In this document: positions 12,900 through 26,439 of the stretch, in pieces
Position numbering within the stretch: position 1 is the stretch's first letter
How the letters are laid out: each line of letters opens with the position of its first letter
Source of the DNA: Blasia pusilla
Lineage: Eukaryota
Reading direction: 5' to 3'
Length of the DNA: 64,000 nucleotides
Assembly: GCA_050084515.1 (NCBI GenBank)
Contig: CM114271.1
Location: forward strand, 41,912,001 to 41,976,000
Notes under the pieces: generated by a model
What the model was told of the DNA's origin: nothing
The model's database searches: none
What the model saw: only the letters and a program-made list of their open reading frames with translations
Made by a program: the position numbers and the translations under genes

Positions 12900-13840
12900 G
12901 GCTATCCATGTGAGATAGTTGAGGTCCATCGCCTGCCCCAACACCTGTCTCGGGGATGCCTTAGTTAAACCTCGCACCGCCGTAGTACCCGTAGCGAACC
13001 CCATGGCGCGCTCGCGCTCATCTGCTATAGGCTCCTCCAATGCTCTGATCACCTCATCCCAAATTATGCCTAGCCCTCCCTGACGAAAGGCATGGGATGC
13101 TGGGAAGCTCACCAACGTAGGTAAGGCTGCCCTCAACTCCCCCATCCTATTGGCCATCGCCAACGGTGGTCTATCATCCCGCGTCACCACTTGAGATCGA
13201 CGTCGTGAGCCCAAATAGCATCCACTGTGAGATGTGGTGCTCTCTGGACTCCATCGTATGCTCGACTCTATACCTTTGATGGTATCAGGTTCGTCCAGCA
13301 CAGTCATGGACGATAGGCACGTGATCCAAGTGCATCCAGCAACACAACAGGTCACAACCAAGACCTCATCTGATGCACACTCGTCATCACACGTGCATGA
13401 GTGTCTCCCAACAACATCACATTTTCCAAAATGTACGTTGGAGAACATGTCTAACTCTCCTGCAAGTGTTGTACTACTCGCAGCATCTCCCAAAACATCC
13501 CTGACCTCGGATCTTGCAATCCAAATCCACGGCCAGCTAATGAATGACCCTAACATGGCCATCCAGCAATCACTAAATGAATGGTGCCAACTCTATCCAG
13601 ATCTTGCGCCCCCACCAAAGAGATGTCGGCGGGTAGTGTATGTTGATATCCCCGTACTGCAGATACCGGTTCCAACTCAAGATACCTTTGGACCAATCTT
13701 GCTACGTGACGTAATGATACTCGCCGTGCGGTCTCATCTCTCTCCACATAAAGTAACTGATGCACCCGTATGCCCGCCTGCAATATTGAAGCCAATCCAG
13801 TGCTAATCCCTCCAAAGAGATCTAACACCCTAACACCCTC
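12900..13840 (-). pseudogene. DNMT3-like C5 cytosine methyltransferase domain within the retrotransposon Pol
   Basis: Motif I VRVLDLFGGIS. Motif IV IAGWPC(Q>*)G at ~13550. Motif VI YILENV (ENV 13418-13426). Motif VIII AYRP(R>*)LCWTNL. Motif IX ERERAMGF..GTT. Motif X RQVLGQAMD. All in canonical order. Confidence 0.88.
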
Positions 13841-14169
13841 CTCTGGACACTACCACACAACGGGTGTGGTATCCATTGGGATCAACGTCTCCACTCTAGG
13901 AGCCCGATCGCGACCTGACTCTCGCTGCTCCGGGATAAAGGCATGACTCCACGCCTGCCTCACGAGGTCGTTGGCACTCCTCTGTAGCTCTTGAGTCGTA
14001 CCCCACAATGGTGAAGAGGTCTCGCCAACATGGGAAGAGACACTCGCCATGGCATGTCTCTCCGTGGGACTATCCGTCACTAGGACATCCTTCGCATGTG
14101 CGTTCCCCTCCAACAACTCTCCTGGCCAGCTAACACTACCCGTGAAACTTGCCAACCTGGTCACAGACT

Positions 14170-16460
14170 CGTCTCATGATCTACCACCTCGTCCCGCAAA
14201 CTGCACGGGTAAGTGACTCATCCGCCAGTCACCTGACCGCCACCCTGGCCGGTAAGCAACGGTCTCCTCCCAGAAGTCAAGGATGAATCTTAGGGGATAT
14301 AACACTGTACTCCCCACCAACACATCATACGATTCTGTTGGTCGTAATCGCACGTGTGTGCACCATAGCACTATCCATCGCATGCTCTGGCTGGACTCTT
14401 ACAACTATCTCCTGTCGAGTCATATACTACGTGGATGATACGCCCCTAATCGAGGTCTCTATCTGGAAGGGACAAGGCTCAACGTCGGCCTTTTGTAACC
14501 CCAACGCTAAATACGCCGCCTTCCCTAACATCAAGGGCTGTGCTCCCGAATCAAGTAGGACGCATTGCGAGTGGTATACTCTCCCCGTCTGACTAACCAA
14601 GCAAAATACTCCAACTCGGTTATCGAGTAACACTGCTCCAGGTGTCACCACTGCTCGCTCTATGGCCGGTCGAGCTGGCATATCTACCAACTTCGCCGCG
14701 GCCGCATGCCATGACATTGTGGGGGACGTCTTGAGCACGGTCTTTGAGGGCAAGTTCACCACCTTCTCAACAACCTCTGAATAAGAAGCAGTCACCTCTC
14801 CACGCTCACACAACGTGGCGGCCAGTTGCAACACCTCAACTGGTCCAACTCCCATCGTCGCCAACTCTATGGCGGTAAATAGCGGAGTCTGACTCACTCT
14901 CGTGGCCACCTCCAACACTATGGTCAACATTGACTCCACTCGAGCCGGCATAGGAGTTGTCACTCCAACTCCTCGTGGCGTCGATGTACCTGCCTGAGCT
15001 GTAGGCACCGCTGGTCGTTGAGGCACCATCGATGGTGTGTGTAGTGCCTCCGACAATGTCAGGGTAAGAGGTAGAAGCTGGAGCCACACTAGCTAGTCAC
15101 GGCTCTGTGCCTTCCCTGAGCTGCATCATCGTCATGGCAGCAATCGTCTGCTCCAATTGATCGATGCGTGAGAGAAGTGTCGGCTTTGGTGCTCTTGCTC
15201 CATCTCCTCAGGCTGATGGTGGTCCTCTACCACCACATCTAGGAAGAACTCCCCAACCTCCTCCAAGACGACCGCCCCCTAGCCCTCGGCCTACCTCTAG
15301 ACGTGCCTCTCGACGAAGGTCAAAACATCTATCCCTAGTGTGACCATATATGTGGCAATAGTCATACTGGTACTATGGTGGGGCCATCCTTTATGGCTCC
15401 TCAGCAATCGGAGGCGCTTGTGGTCCTCTCCCATGTTGTGTGCAGTCTCTCTGCCTATGGGCCCCTCCACATATCCAACAAGATAACATCGGTCCCTATT
15501 GTGCAACATATGTAGGTACGGGTCGTTGCCTCATAGGCTCACGGTACCTCGCCTGCTCTCTGAGCACACTGGCCCGCTCCCGTGGTACTGGTGCTCGCTG
15601 TGGCACTTGTGGGATCACCGTCGCTCGTAGACCCGTCAACCCTCGAGAAAATCCAAGGATCACTACCTGCTCCTCACTCATGTTAAGCTCAATATGCTCA
15701 GACAACTCAAAGACCACCTTCAATGTGGGCTTCGCTGTATGAATCAGCACTGCATCTCGGACTCTCCTCCGTAGTTCTCGGTCTAGAACCCCGTACCAAT
15801 ACTAGACTGACTGCGCCTTAGTCACTCCATATGTAGCAATGATCAGCCTCCTCATGCGCATGAATGCCTCTCTCAGATTCTCACCCGATCGTCGCTGAAA
15901 ATCCTATAGACTCTTTAGCTAGTCGGTGCGTACGCCCTAGTAGCTCTTCCCCAACTGTCGGAAGAACTCCACTGTGGGACTGAAGCTAGGTGGCCCTCTA
16001 CCACCAAAGGTCTCTGCCACATTGCCTGTCTCACTTCCCTCCTCTCTATCTAGTCTCCGGGCTCATGGTGTGGGTCTCTCTCCTCTCACGATCCTATCAT
16101 ATGCCTCGCGACCACTAGTAGACATATACCTTGGAGCCCAATACATCCTCCACGCATTGATCTCTATTGAATATAGTGATCGAAACTCCATGTAGTCATC
16201 CATTGGAGGACCCTCCAAGTGCTGGAACAACCTTCCATGCCATGAAAGGGTTGAATCGTGTCGGGGTCCATATCTCTTGGAAGTTGCACCACGTGTCAAA
16301 CTCCTGGATAAAATCATCTAAGTCGATGGTGCCCACTGCACGTGAGAAACGACGCATGCCACGATGGCCCATATCATCCATCTCTTGCCAAGTGATACTG
16401 GCTATGTCTACGATCTCGTCACCAAACTCGGTGTCTAGTGATGACGATCCAACCACCGAT
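14170..16460 (-). pseudogene. Gag and aspartic protease of the DNMT/PHD element
   Basis: DLDDFIQEFDTWC gag start, CCHC knuckles ~15320-15480, VLLDSGAQPLMLG protease motif. Confidence 0.8.
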
Positions 16461-17542
16461 GGATGTCGAGGTATCTCAATCCACTCTCGTAACCCCTCGG
16501 TATCTCAGTCCACTCTGTGTCACACCACTACTTATGCTGGCACTACCCCGTTCTTCCAAACCTGGAAGAACGCCGTGATGACAACCCTGTCTCACCCGCT
16601 CAAGCATTCAGACTCACCAAGAGTCTCCCACACTTCTCACTAGCTCACCTACGCTAACGTCAATCCCATGATGACATACCCGGCCTCACGCACACTCAAC
16701 ACTCGAGCTTACCATGAGCCTCCTAACTGACTCACCTAACCTAGCGACACTCTCGGGTCATACATGCGACCCCTACTCGACAACCGCCGTATATCCACCA
16801 ACATGCTAGACATGAAAAGAGTCTACATTCGTCAACATCACTGCACCCACCTAGCACCAGCTACTACCCGATACCCATCACTCTCAATCACACACGACAA
16901 GTGCAAGAAAAGGGACTCGAATGGGTAACTTGATCACGCCCTCCAACCTACGCACCGTCAACACTCAGTCCTCCATGTGGTGTGGCAACCTCCGCAACAT
17001 AACACTCTCCTCAACCAACACGTTGATCCTCCCGTCAACAGATGCGGACAACCCGTCGGCATCATGTGCACTGACATTCCATCGTCAACTCTTCCCAGCA
17101 AACTGTCCGTGTAACTCACCCACCTCGCGGACAGTCAGTTCGGTCTTCCAAAAATAATCTCCGAAAAATCTCACTTTGAAAAATTGCGTACAAGATCGCT
17201 CAACCATATAGCTCTCCTAACTATGTTAGTCATTCCACCTCATCCGCTTCCCAATGGGGGGGGGGGGCCGCACCCGTCCGCCTACATGACCTAAACGCCT
17301 CCGCCTTCGTGCCCTGGCCGCCTACGCGACCTAAACGCCTCCGCCTCCGCCTCCGCGACCCTCACCGCTCACTAGTCGTGGACCCACTCATAAACACCCG
17401 CCATCACAACCTGCGCTTACACGTTGTTCCTGTCCCCCATGAATCCGCACCAGCAAAATTTGAGAAAAACGGACAGCGCTTTCGCCCACGGCCTTCCCCA
17501 TGGAAAAAATGACAAACACAACGCCAACCAACGTCTCCACGG

Positions 17543-18809
17543 TGTCGTATAGTAAAATCAACCAGTGTGTAAACTCCTTCGTCATTAAGTGTTAGATAGA
17601 GTTTCATTAGTATTAAGTAAATTGGCTTAGAAAAAGGAGATTCTTATGTTTAAACCTCTTTATGGTGCCTCTTTTATGCGGGCCCAACTTTAGGAAAAGG
17701 AGGTAATAAATAAAAGATGACTTTATAAAAGTAAAGTAGTTGCTTTAATGAAAAGCAAAAGTAGTCTTGGTTGGTGGCTAGGTTAGTTGGGGTAATTTGG
17801 AAAATATCATGTGCGTAAAAGAAGATATTTTGGAAGAGAAAAGAGGAAATCTACTTGTGTCAAAATGTGATTGGCTAAGCCTTGAGAGGAAGCCATGTGG
17901 CACAAGATAAGATAAGCTCTATTTCGTACTCTTGTGGATCCCTTGTGAGTATATAAAGAGGAGGGACCTTCAAGGGTTCATCACCTTCTATTCCACATCT
18001 TGAGTCTCTCGTGTCTCTCTTGAGTGTATGGCTTTGGGATTGCTTGCTCTTCCAATGAGAGTGGATCACCCCTCTTGGGAGAGTAACTTGATCATGGTCT
18101 ATTCTTCGAGAGGTTTCTAGAGTGTGGTGTGTGTGTGTTGGGGGGATGAGAGGTTTGTCACCGTAGAGGAGTTTAGTCATACTAAAATAGCGGATGTTTT
18201 GGCTTGTTACTTTCCCAATGAGAGTGGATTACCCTTCTTGGGAGAATAACTCCGCCAAAACCCATTCTTGAGGAGAGTAGAGAATGTCATCAAGCATGGA
18301 TAGGGTGGAGCACGAGCCGTGGCCCTCCGACTTTCCTTTCCTCAATCCTTACCATGTCAAGGTACTCTTTGTAGATAGGCACTGGTTCACTCGCTATTTA
18401 GTTTATCACTTTGGGGAGGCGTTCATGAACCAGGTCATGCAATCTCCAACTCCGGTGATTCTTCCTATCGTCACATATGGAAGGACATGGGATTGTATTT
18501 TGTATGTCCTTATATAGCGATCCATGGATGTCAATAGGCCTGGTCAAGTAGGGTTTAACACTAGTTGTGCTATCTTCCTCGTGTACAAACGTAAAATAGT
18601 TCATAGGGATTTTATAGTTAGGAATTTCGGGTCCGATGTTACGAAGAAGTGATCGCTCGGCACTTCCATTTGTGATACTGTCGTGAGAGAATGGAGAGTG
18701 TACATCATAATTTTGTATTGAAAAAGGAGAACTTATTAGAGAGTTCACCTTGCATCGACATCATGACTAGAAGGCCCGCCTTGCTCGAAGAAAGATTCTC
18801 GACACGACA
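17543..18809 (+). repeat. 5' LTR
   Basis: Direct repeat of 24732-25988. Confidence 0.95.
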
Positions 18810-21800
18810 AATGGTGCTTCCACCGAGAGCTCTTTGAGGCGGTAGTTTGTGTTTGCAAGTTGAGTCATATCAAGATGACTACTTTTGGGAGTACTTCATC
18901 AATGGGGAACCGAGGAGCGAGGATCTTCTCCGAACTTTGACAACATTGTTGAGCCAACAAGGAGGAGTTCACATCGGAGAGCAAAGATTAACAAGGGCTC
19001 TCAAGCGATTGTGAAGAAGTTGGGAGATTTGATGGCGGGAACATCACCAAGTATGTTCGAGAAACGTTTGTGAGATGGAGGTAAACCGTGTACCGAAGGT
19101 GATATGTTGTCAAGTTTTGAGTTAGTGTAATACCTGAGATTCAGTAGTCAAGTAAAGCGGTTGAGAGCAGAAAATCCAACCTCATGGGAGGAGTACTGAA
19201 CGATTCTTTGAAAGGAGAATTCTTCGATGATGATGTGGATCGGGTGACTAAGAGGAGTTTTGTAGAATGGATAGAGCAACGTCAGGAAGGAATGACTCCA
19301 AATGAATTGTTGCGTGAGTTTGAGAAGCGGTTTTTCCAGCTTTCTCCTTCTGAAAGGGCAACTCTAGACTTGAGGAAAACCGAGTTATTCCTTGAGGCGG
19401 CAGATGAGAATTTGGAGGACAAGCTTTTCATAATGTTGGCGGACAAGAATGAAGAAGGAGGTGTCAGCACTAATTGGAAGAAAGTGGAAGAAGTGTTGCT
19501 ATCCTCACAAAGCAAAGTCAAAGTAGAGGTAGAACCACAGTATTCAAGTCGGAGGTACCAATTTCAAATCCATTGCCTAAGCCCATGCCTGCAAAGCTTG
19601 AAGATTCTACCATTGATGAGTTGGTGAAAGGTTTGAGAGAGTTGAGAGTAGAAATGGCTGAGCTTAAACTTGATAGGAGTCCTAGTGTTGGTGCTCCTTC
19701 AACAAGTAAGAACTTTGTGAGAAGATGTATATGGTGTGATAGTGTTGAGCATCAACGTAGAAGAGAATGTGAATTTTAGAAGCTCTTAGAAATGGAATAG
19801 TAAACTTCAAAGATGGGAAGATTCATTCAACGCAAATTGGTATGCCGTTGAATACCAACTTTGGTAGAGGAGGTATGAAAGGCTTAGTGAGAAGTCCAGT
19901 AGGAGTTGCCACTACGACATTAGATTCTGATACCTTTGCAAAAAAATTGAAGCGCCTCTTGTATCTCAGTAGCTAAAAAAGTGAATCATTAGAATTTCCT
20001 CGAGAAGTTATGATACGAGGGGCGAGAGACTATCCGTCATCCTGGATGGATGGGATGATCCAGTGGAAGTGGGTGTGTTAAAGCATACCTAGCACAAGAG
20101 AAACATGTGAGTTGGCAAGATGCTAGTGTGGAGGAGAAGAGGAGACGCGACAATGATGGTGTTGATGTTGAGGAAGCCGCAAGAAGAGCAAGGACCTTAA
20201 GAAGAAAAGGACAACCGGAGGCGCAACCATCAAGAGAAGAAGGACCTTCCACATCTGAATCTGTGAGGGATTCTCATGTCAAAGAAGCAGGGACCAAGGA
20301 GAACAATTGAGGAAGAAAGAAGACCAAGGGTAAGACTCCTACATACAAGCTGCACTTTGATATCGAGACAAGCACAAATTTAAAGGAGATTCTTGAGGAG
20401 AGGATTTTGGATGCGAAAATAGAGTTTTCTTTGAGGGAAGTCTTGGACATAGCCAAACATGACTTTCATGAGTTGATCATAGATGTGATCAAAGGAAGAG
20501 GCAGATGACTGCAGATATGGTGATGGTGAGAGCTTTGGATCTGACATCAGGAAGAAGAAGATGAAGAGCTTTGCCAAGTGTTTGGACAAAAGCTTGACTT
20601 ACGGGGAAAAGAGGCGAGAGTAGGAGAAGCCTTGACAAAACAAGGTAAAGAAAGGCATAATGGTGGATACTATTCTCGATCATATTGAGGCGTGCAACGA
20701 CGGAGGCTAGAGTTCGACTTGGCTCTCTTCAAGAGTCGGGATTCCTGGCTCTCGTTGATCATGGTTCGAGATCAACATCATGTCGCAAAAGTGTGTATAC
20801 AAAGGATGTGGCCAATTGATACAGGGCATGGATGGGTACTACGAGCGCTAACAACCAAAAGGTGAACTCTATGGTGCTTGTCCATCCGTCAAAACTCAGA
20901 TCGGAGATGTGTTGATTGAGCAAAATTTCTTTGTCGTAATGGAGCCGCTTATCCCTGTGATTCTTGGGCAACCTTACATCACAACATCTAGAATGGAGAC
21001 CAAAGTCATGGATGATGGGTCTCATTATGCCCGTATTAGAAGTCAGGATGGAACAAGATCAGTTCAATTCCTTACTGTACGAATAGGTCATGAAAGGAAT
21101 AGAGAGAAGTTGAGAGATGGTCCTATGAAGGTAGAGAAAGAGTTTTGGATTTTTAGTTAGCACTCCTATAGAGCGGGAATATGGGGGGAAGTGAAGAGAA
21201 TAGAAAGAGTCTTCCGCTAGTAGAGGGGGAAGAATCATATATGTTTAGGTGTGGGTTTTCTCAATGTTTTTCTTCGTGGTCTAATAGATTCCAAATGATG
21301 AAAGAAATGAATGAAAAGAAAAGACGTTTTATAAAAAAAAGGAGGGTTTGTTAAAATGTGAGGGTGTTCTATTTAGATGAAGAGTTCATTAGTGGGATGT
21401 ATGAAGAAGAGGGTTTTGGAGATAGTCTTGAAGAGGTGTTTACCCAGATGAACACCGATTCGTTGGATAGAAGTGTGATTGCAATTCACTCGCGTGAGTT
21501 GCATGAAGAGATATCAAGGTTCATGGAAGGAGAAAATGAATATGAATCTACGGAGAAGGAAGCGGATGGGCATTGGTTTGAGTCGACGAACATCCCATGG
21601 AGGCACAAGTGCACAAAAATACAAGACAAGGTCTTGGAAGGTGAAACCAATGGCTACTCAACTACCGAGAGGGTTTGGGAGACAAGTAGAACGTGCATCA
21701 ATGGAGCCTAGTCTAGGGATGTCAAGAAGATAGGACACAAGTTCACGAAGAGACGCTAGATGGAAATGCAAATCGGAGGGGGTGAGTTTCTCACGTGAAA

Positions 21801-24731
21801 TTGAAAGAAAATGCTTTCGGGAGATGTTAAGGAGACATGGTAAGGCTTTCTCTTTTACTACACAAGAAATTGGTTGTGTAGACACGAGTGTGGTGGTGGC
21901 GATGGTAATTTTCAGATTCCACATGTGCCTTGGGATTTGAAACCCATAGTACCACGAGCTATGATTCCAAGCTGATTGAGTTATTGAAGGAGAAGATGCA
22001 GATGGGTATCTTAGAGCCATCTATGGGGCCTTACTCAAGTCGATGGTTCATTGTGTCAAGAAATTAGGAGCTCTCCGGTTCATTCAAGATATGCAACCGG
22101 CAAATAAGGTAACCATTCGGAAATATGGGGAGCAGGCCTAGAATAGATGAAGTCGTAGAAGCTTTTTTGCCCGTGCTATCTATTCTATAGGAGATTTGCA
22201 CTCGGGATATGATCAATTCCAATTAGCTACAGAGAGTAGAGATATTACCACTATCGCACTCCACTTGGGCTTGTAAGAATGTGCACATTACCTCAAGGAG
22301 CAACAAATGCTCGCTCACATGCAGAGTGCAATGAATAAGATCTTGAGAGAGTTCATTCCTCGAGAAAACCATTCCTTTTGTAGATGATATCCCTATAAAG
22401 GGGTGTGCAATAGAAGATAGGATTGAGAGGGTTGTGAAAGATGGGTGTAGAAATTTTGTGTGCGATCATATTCGAGATGTGGATATGATCCTAACAAGAC
22501 TAGAAGAGGTCAATCTTACTCTTTCGGAGAAAAGTGTAGCTTTGGGGTTCCTCGGATCGTGGTAGTGGGTCATCTTTGTGGAGAGTTTGGCGAAAACCAA
22601 ATCCAGAAAAAGTTGATGTCATTGGGAGGATACGAGAATGCTAAAACGCCACCGAAGTGAGAAGGTTTTAGGAGCTTGTGTGTTCTATCGGTGTGGATTC
22701 CTCATTTTGGCCACATATCTGATCCTTTGTATGAGTTGTTGAGAAAGAAGAAGAAGTTCACTTGGGAGAAGAAGCAAAGAGCAAGAATGATGCAGATTGA
22801 AGGAGGCATTGAAGTCGCCACGTTTCTACGACAAATGAGCTATGAATGCGGGCGACCTATTATCATCATAGTGGACACTAGCCCTATTGCTATCGGATGG
22901 GCGGTTAGGCGGATGACGATGAAGGAAGGAAGAAGATTTGCGACAAGGTTTGGAGCTCAACACTTACTTTAACGCAGAGGAGGTACCCTCGAGGTAAAGA
23001 GGAGCTTTGGGGAGTTGTAAGCGCAATGAAAGCCGAGAAGGAGTATCTTATGGGAGCCTATGTATTGCTTGAGGTTGATTGTCTACCTTTGTTAGGTATG
23101 ATTACGGTGTACAACTCGGATATAGCCATGCTCGTTGGATAGCCTACATTAGGTCCTTGAATCCACAATTGAAGCATATATTTGGGAAAGAGAACTCAAA
23201 GTGACATGTTGTCTAGAGCTAGATTTAGTCAAGAAGAAGATATGGAGGCAACTAAGATAGATGAGGATGATGCACATGTGTGGCAAGTGTTATCTCAAGA
23301 ACGAGGTGGCATAGAGGATGTTCTAGCCTTCAAAGAGGATTTGTATGAGGGCAGGTTAAAAGAAATTGGGTGCTATTTAAGCACTCTGCAAAGAGATGGA
23401 GGGTGGATAGAAAAGTTCTTCAAGGAGATTCGGCACAAGGCGTATGGCTATCTACTACAAGATGGATATCTTTGGAAAAGGCCAAAGAGGAAAGATGGAA
23501 TGCCCTTGAGGGTGGTGGATGACAATGGGACAAAAATGCAAGTGCTCAAAGAATTCCACAATTCTTTATGGGCAAGTCACAGAGGTACTTGGGCAACTTT
23601 CACCAAGATAAAAGAGAGAGGTATTGGTGGAAAGGCCTATATAAGGATGTTGAGAGATATGTTGGGTCGTGTGTTGAATGTCAGTTTCAATCAAAAATCA
23701 GGGTGAGAGATGGACTTAAACCCACGTATCCTTTGTCTATTCATCATCAATGGGTTATAGATCTAGTTGCTATGCCACTAGATCTTTGGGGAATGCGTTA
23801 CTTGGTCCTAGCACGAGTAGAGTTGTCCAACTTTGTAGAAGGGAGGGCTTTACGGGCTAAAACAACAGAGCCTATATGTCGTTTTATTCTAGAGGATATT
23901 GTTGCTAGATATGGGAGTGTCGGGAGAATCCGTGCAGATAGAGGTGAGTTGAATGCGGAGGAAGCACGAGAGTTCTTCAGAGATATGGAGTCGATTGAGA
24001 TTAACAACCTCCATGAACTGGGAGGCAAACGGCAAGAGCGAAAGGGGACATCCGCCAATCATTCAAGATTTGGTAAAGGCGTGTGGAGATCGTTATCTTT
24101 GATTGGCCCAGATTACTTCCATTTGCTTTATGGGCGAGATAGAACCACTCACACTGCACAGATTATAGGGTTCATGCCTCTGAGTTGATGACCCAGTCAA
24201 AATCCGATAATGCCCGAAGGAGATATACCCACTTGGATGGGTTTGTCGTGGGGAAGACGAGGCTCAATAGGAAGAGCTCCTAGTACATTTGAATGCAAAG
24301 CGACTAGAGCGGCGGGAAGAGGATATTGCGAAGCGTTAGTCAAAATGAAGGAAGCAAGGTTGAAAAATATGAGCGCCGACAAAACTCATCGACTTCGGAA
24401 GGAGCCGATAAGAGAAGGAGATTGGGTCTTGGTGCACAACAACAACCTTGACAACCAACATAGTACAATTAAGAAGTTTGCACGTCGTTGGTTTGGTCCA
24501 TATGTTGTAGTCTTTGCTTTTGACAATGCCACTTACAAACTACGTGAACTAGATGGCACAATTCTCAAATTCGCCCATTTGCAGGAAAAAGGGTCAAGAT
24601 TTTAGTGAGCGTGAAGGATTTCTTGATTTCGATTGAATGTGTCTAGAGGCACAACATAAGTAAGTCTATAGCAAGAATTCTTGATGTTTTTGGGCACATA
24701 CCGGAGGATGTGCAAGTTTGGAGGGGGTGAA

Positions 24732-25988
24732 TGTCGTATAGTAAAATCAACCAGTGTGTAAACTCCTTCGTCATTAAGTGTTAGATAGAGTTTCATTAGT
24801 ATTAAGTAAATTGGCTTAGAAAAAGGAGATTCTTATGTTTAAACCTCTTTATGGTGCCTCTTTTATGCGGGCCCAACTTTAGGAAAAGGAGGTAATAAAT
24901 AAAAGATGACTTTATAAAAGTAAAGTAGTTGCTTTAATGAAAAGCAAAAGTAGTCTTGGTTGGTGGCTAGGTTAGTTGGGGTAATTTGGAAAATATCATA
25001 TGGGTAAAGAAGATATTTTGGAAGAGAAAGAGGAAATCTACTTGTGTCAAAATGTGATTGGCTAAGCCTTGAGAGGAAGCCATGTGGCACAAGATAAGAT
25101 AAGCTCTATTTAAGTACTCTTGTGGATCCCTTGTGAGTATATAAAGAGGAGGGACCTTCAAGGGTTCATCACCTTCTATTCCACATCTTGAGTCTCGTGT
25201 CTCTCTTGAGTGTATGGCTTTGGGATTGCTTGCTCTTCCAATGAGAGTGGATCACCCTCTTGGGAGAGTAACTTGATCATGGTCTATTCTTGAGAGGTTT
25301 CTAGAGTGTGGTGTGTGTGTGTTGGGGGGATGAGAGGTTTGTCACCAGTAGAGGAGTTTAGTCATACTAAAATAGCGGATGTTTTGGCTTGTTACTTTCC
25401 CAATGAGAGTGGATTACCCTTCTTGGGAGAATAACTCCGCCAAAACCCATTCTTGAGGAGAGTAGAGAATGTCTGTCAAGCATGGATAAGGGTGGAGCCG
25501 GTGCCCGACTTTCCTTTTCTCAATCCTTACCATGTCAAGGTACTCTTTGTAGATAGGCACTTTGGTTCACTCGCTATTTAGTTTATCACTTTGGGGCGTT
25601 CATGAACCAGGTCATGCAATCTCCAACTCCGGTGATTCTTCCTATCGTCACATATGGAAGGACATGGGATTGTATTTTGTATGTCCTTATATAGCGATCC
25701 ATGGATGTCAATAGGCCTGGTCAAGTAGGGTTTAACACTAGTTGTGCTATCTTCCTCGTGTACAAACGTAAAATAGTTCATAGGGATTTTATAGTTAGGA
25801 ATTTCGGGGTCCGATGTTACGAAGAAGTGATCGCCTCGGCACTTCCATTTGTGATACCTGTCGTGAGAGAATGGAGAGTGTACATCATAATTTTGTATTG
25901 AAAAAGGAGAACTTATTAGAGAGTTCACCTTGCATCGACCGCAGCTAGAAGGCCCGCCCTTGCTCGAAGAAAGATTCTCAACACGACA
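24732..25988 (+). repeat. 3' LTR
   Basis: Direct repeat of 17543-18809, preceded by a purine tract. Confidence 0.95.
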
Positions 25989-26320
25989 ACGGGCTCCCCA
26001 CCAAGGCAACTCGCTTGCCTACCTGCAAACAACGAATTCCCACCAGCCCCCTAACATCTTTCTCATATAAAAATAAAGGGTAGTAAAAATGGCACACCCG
26101 GCCTAAAACTCCACTCCTCAATCTATATCGGCATATCGAGCCTCGTCCACTATGTGCTATTAAGGAATTTGCACGTTGTGAAAGACCTCAACAGGAAAGT
26201 TGTCAAAAATGACGTTCCTCACACAATGGACCTATCCTCAACCTCATCCGACACCGTGGGATAAAGTTACACTCAAGATAGTCCATTGGCTCCTACGTCC
26301 TATCGACTACTCAGATGTAA

Positions 26321-26439
<119 letters not shown>

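Larger units (their letters stand above)
17543..25988 (+). mobile_element. Full-length Ty3/gypsy LTR retrotransposon nested in the 5' region of the DNMT/PHD element
   Basis: LTRs 17543-18809 and 24732-25988 (TGTCGT...ACGACA) are near-identical. 4-bp TSD ACGG. PBS-like TGGTGCTTCCACCGAGAG at ~18812. PPT ~24720-24730. Gag knuckle CIWCDSVEH, protease LVDHGS, RT FVDDIPIKG (~22378), integrase with WFGPY. Confidence 0.95.
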
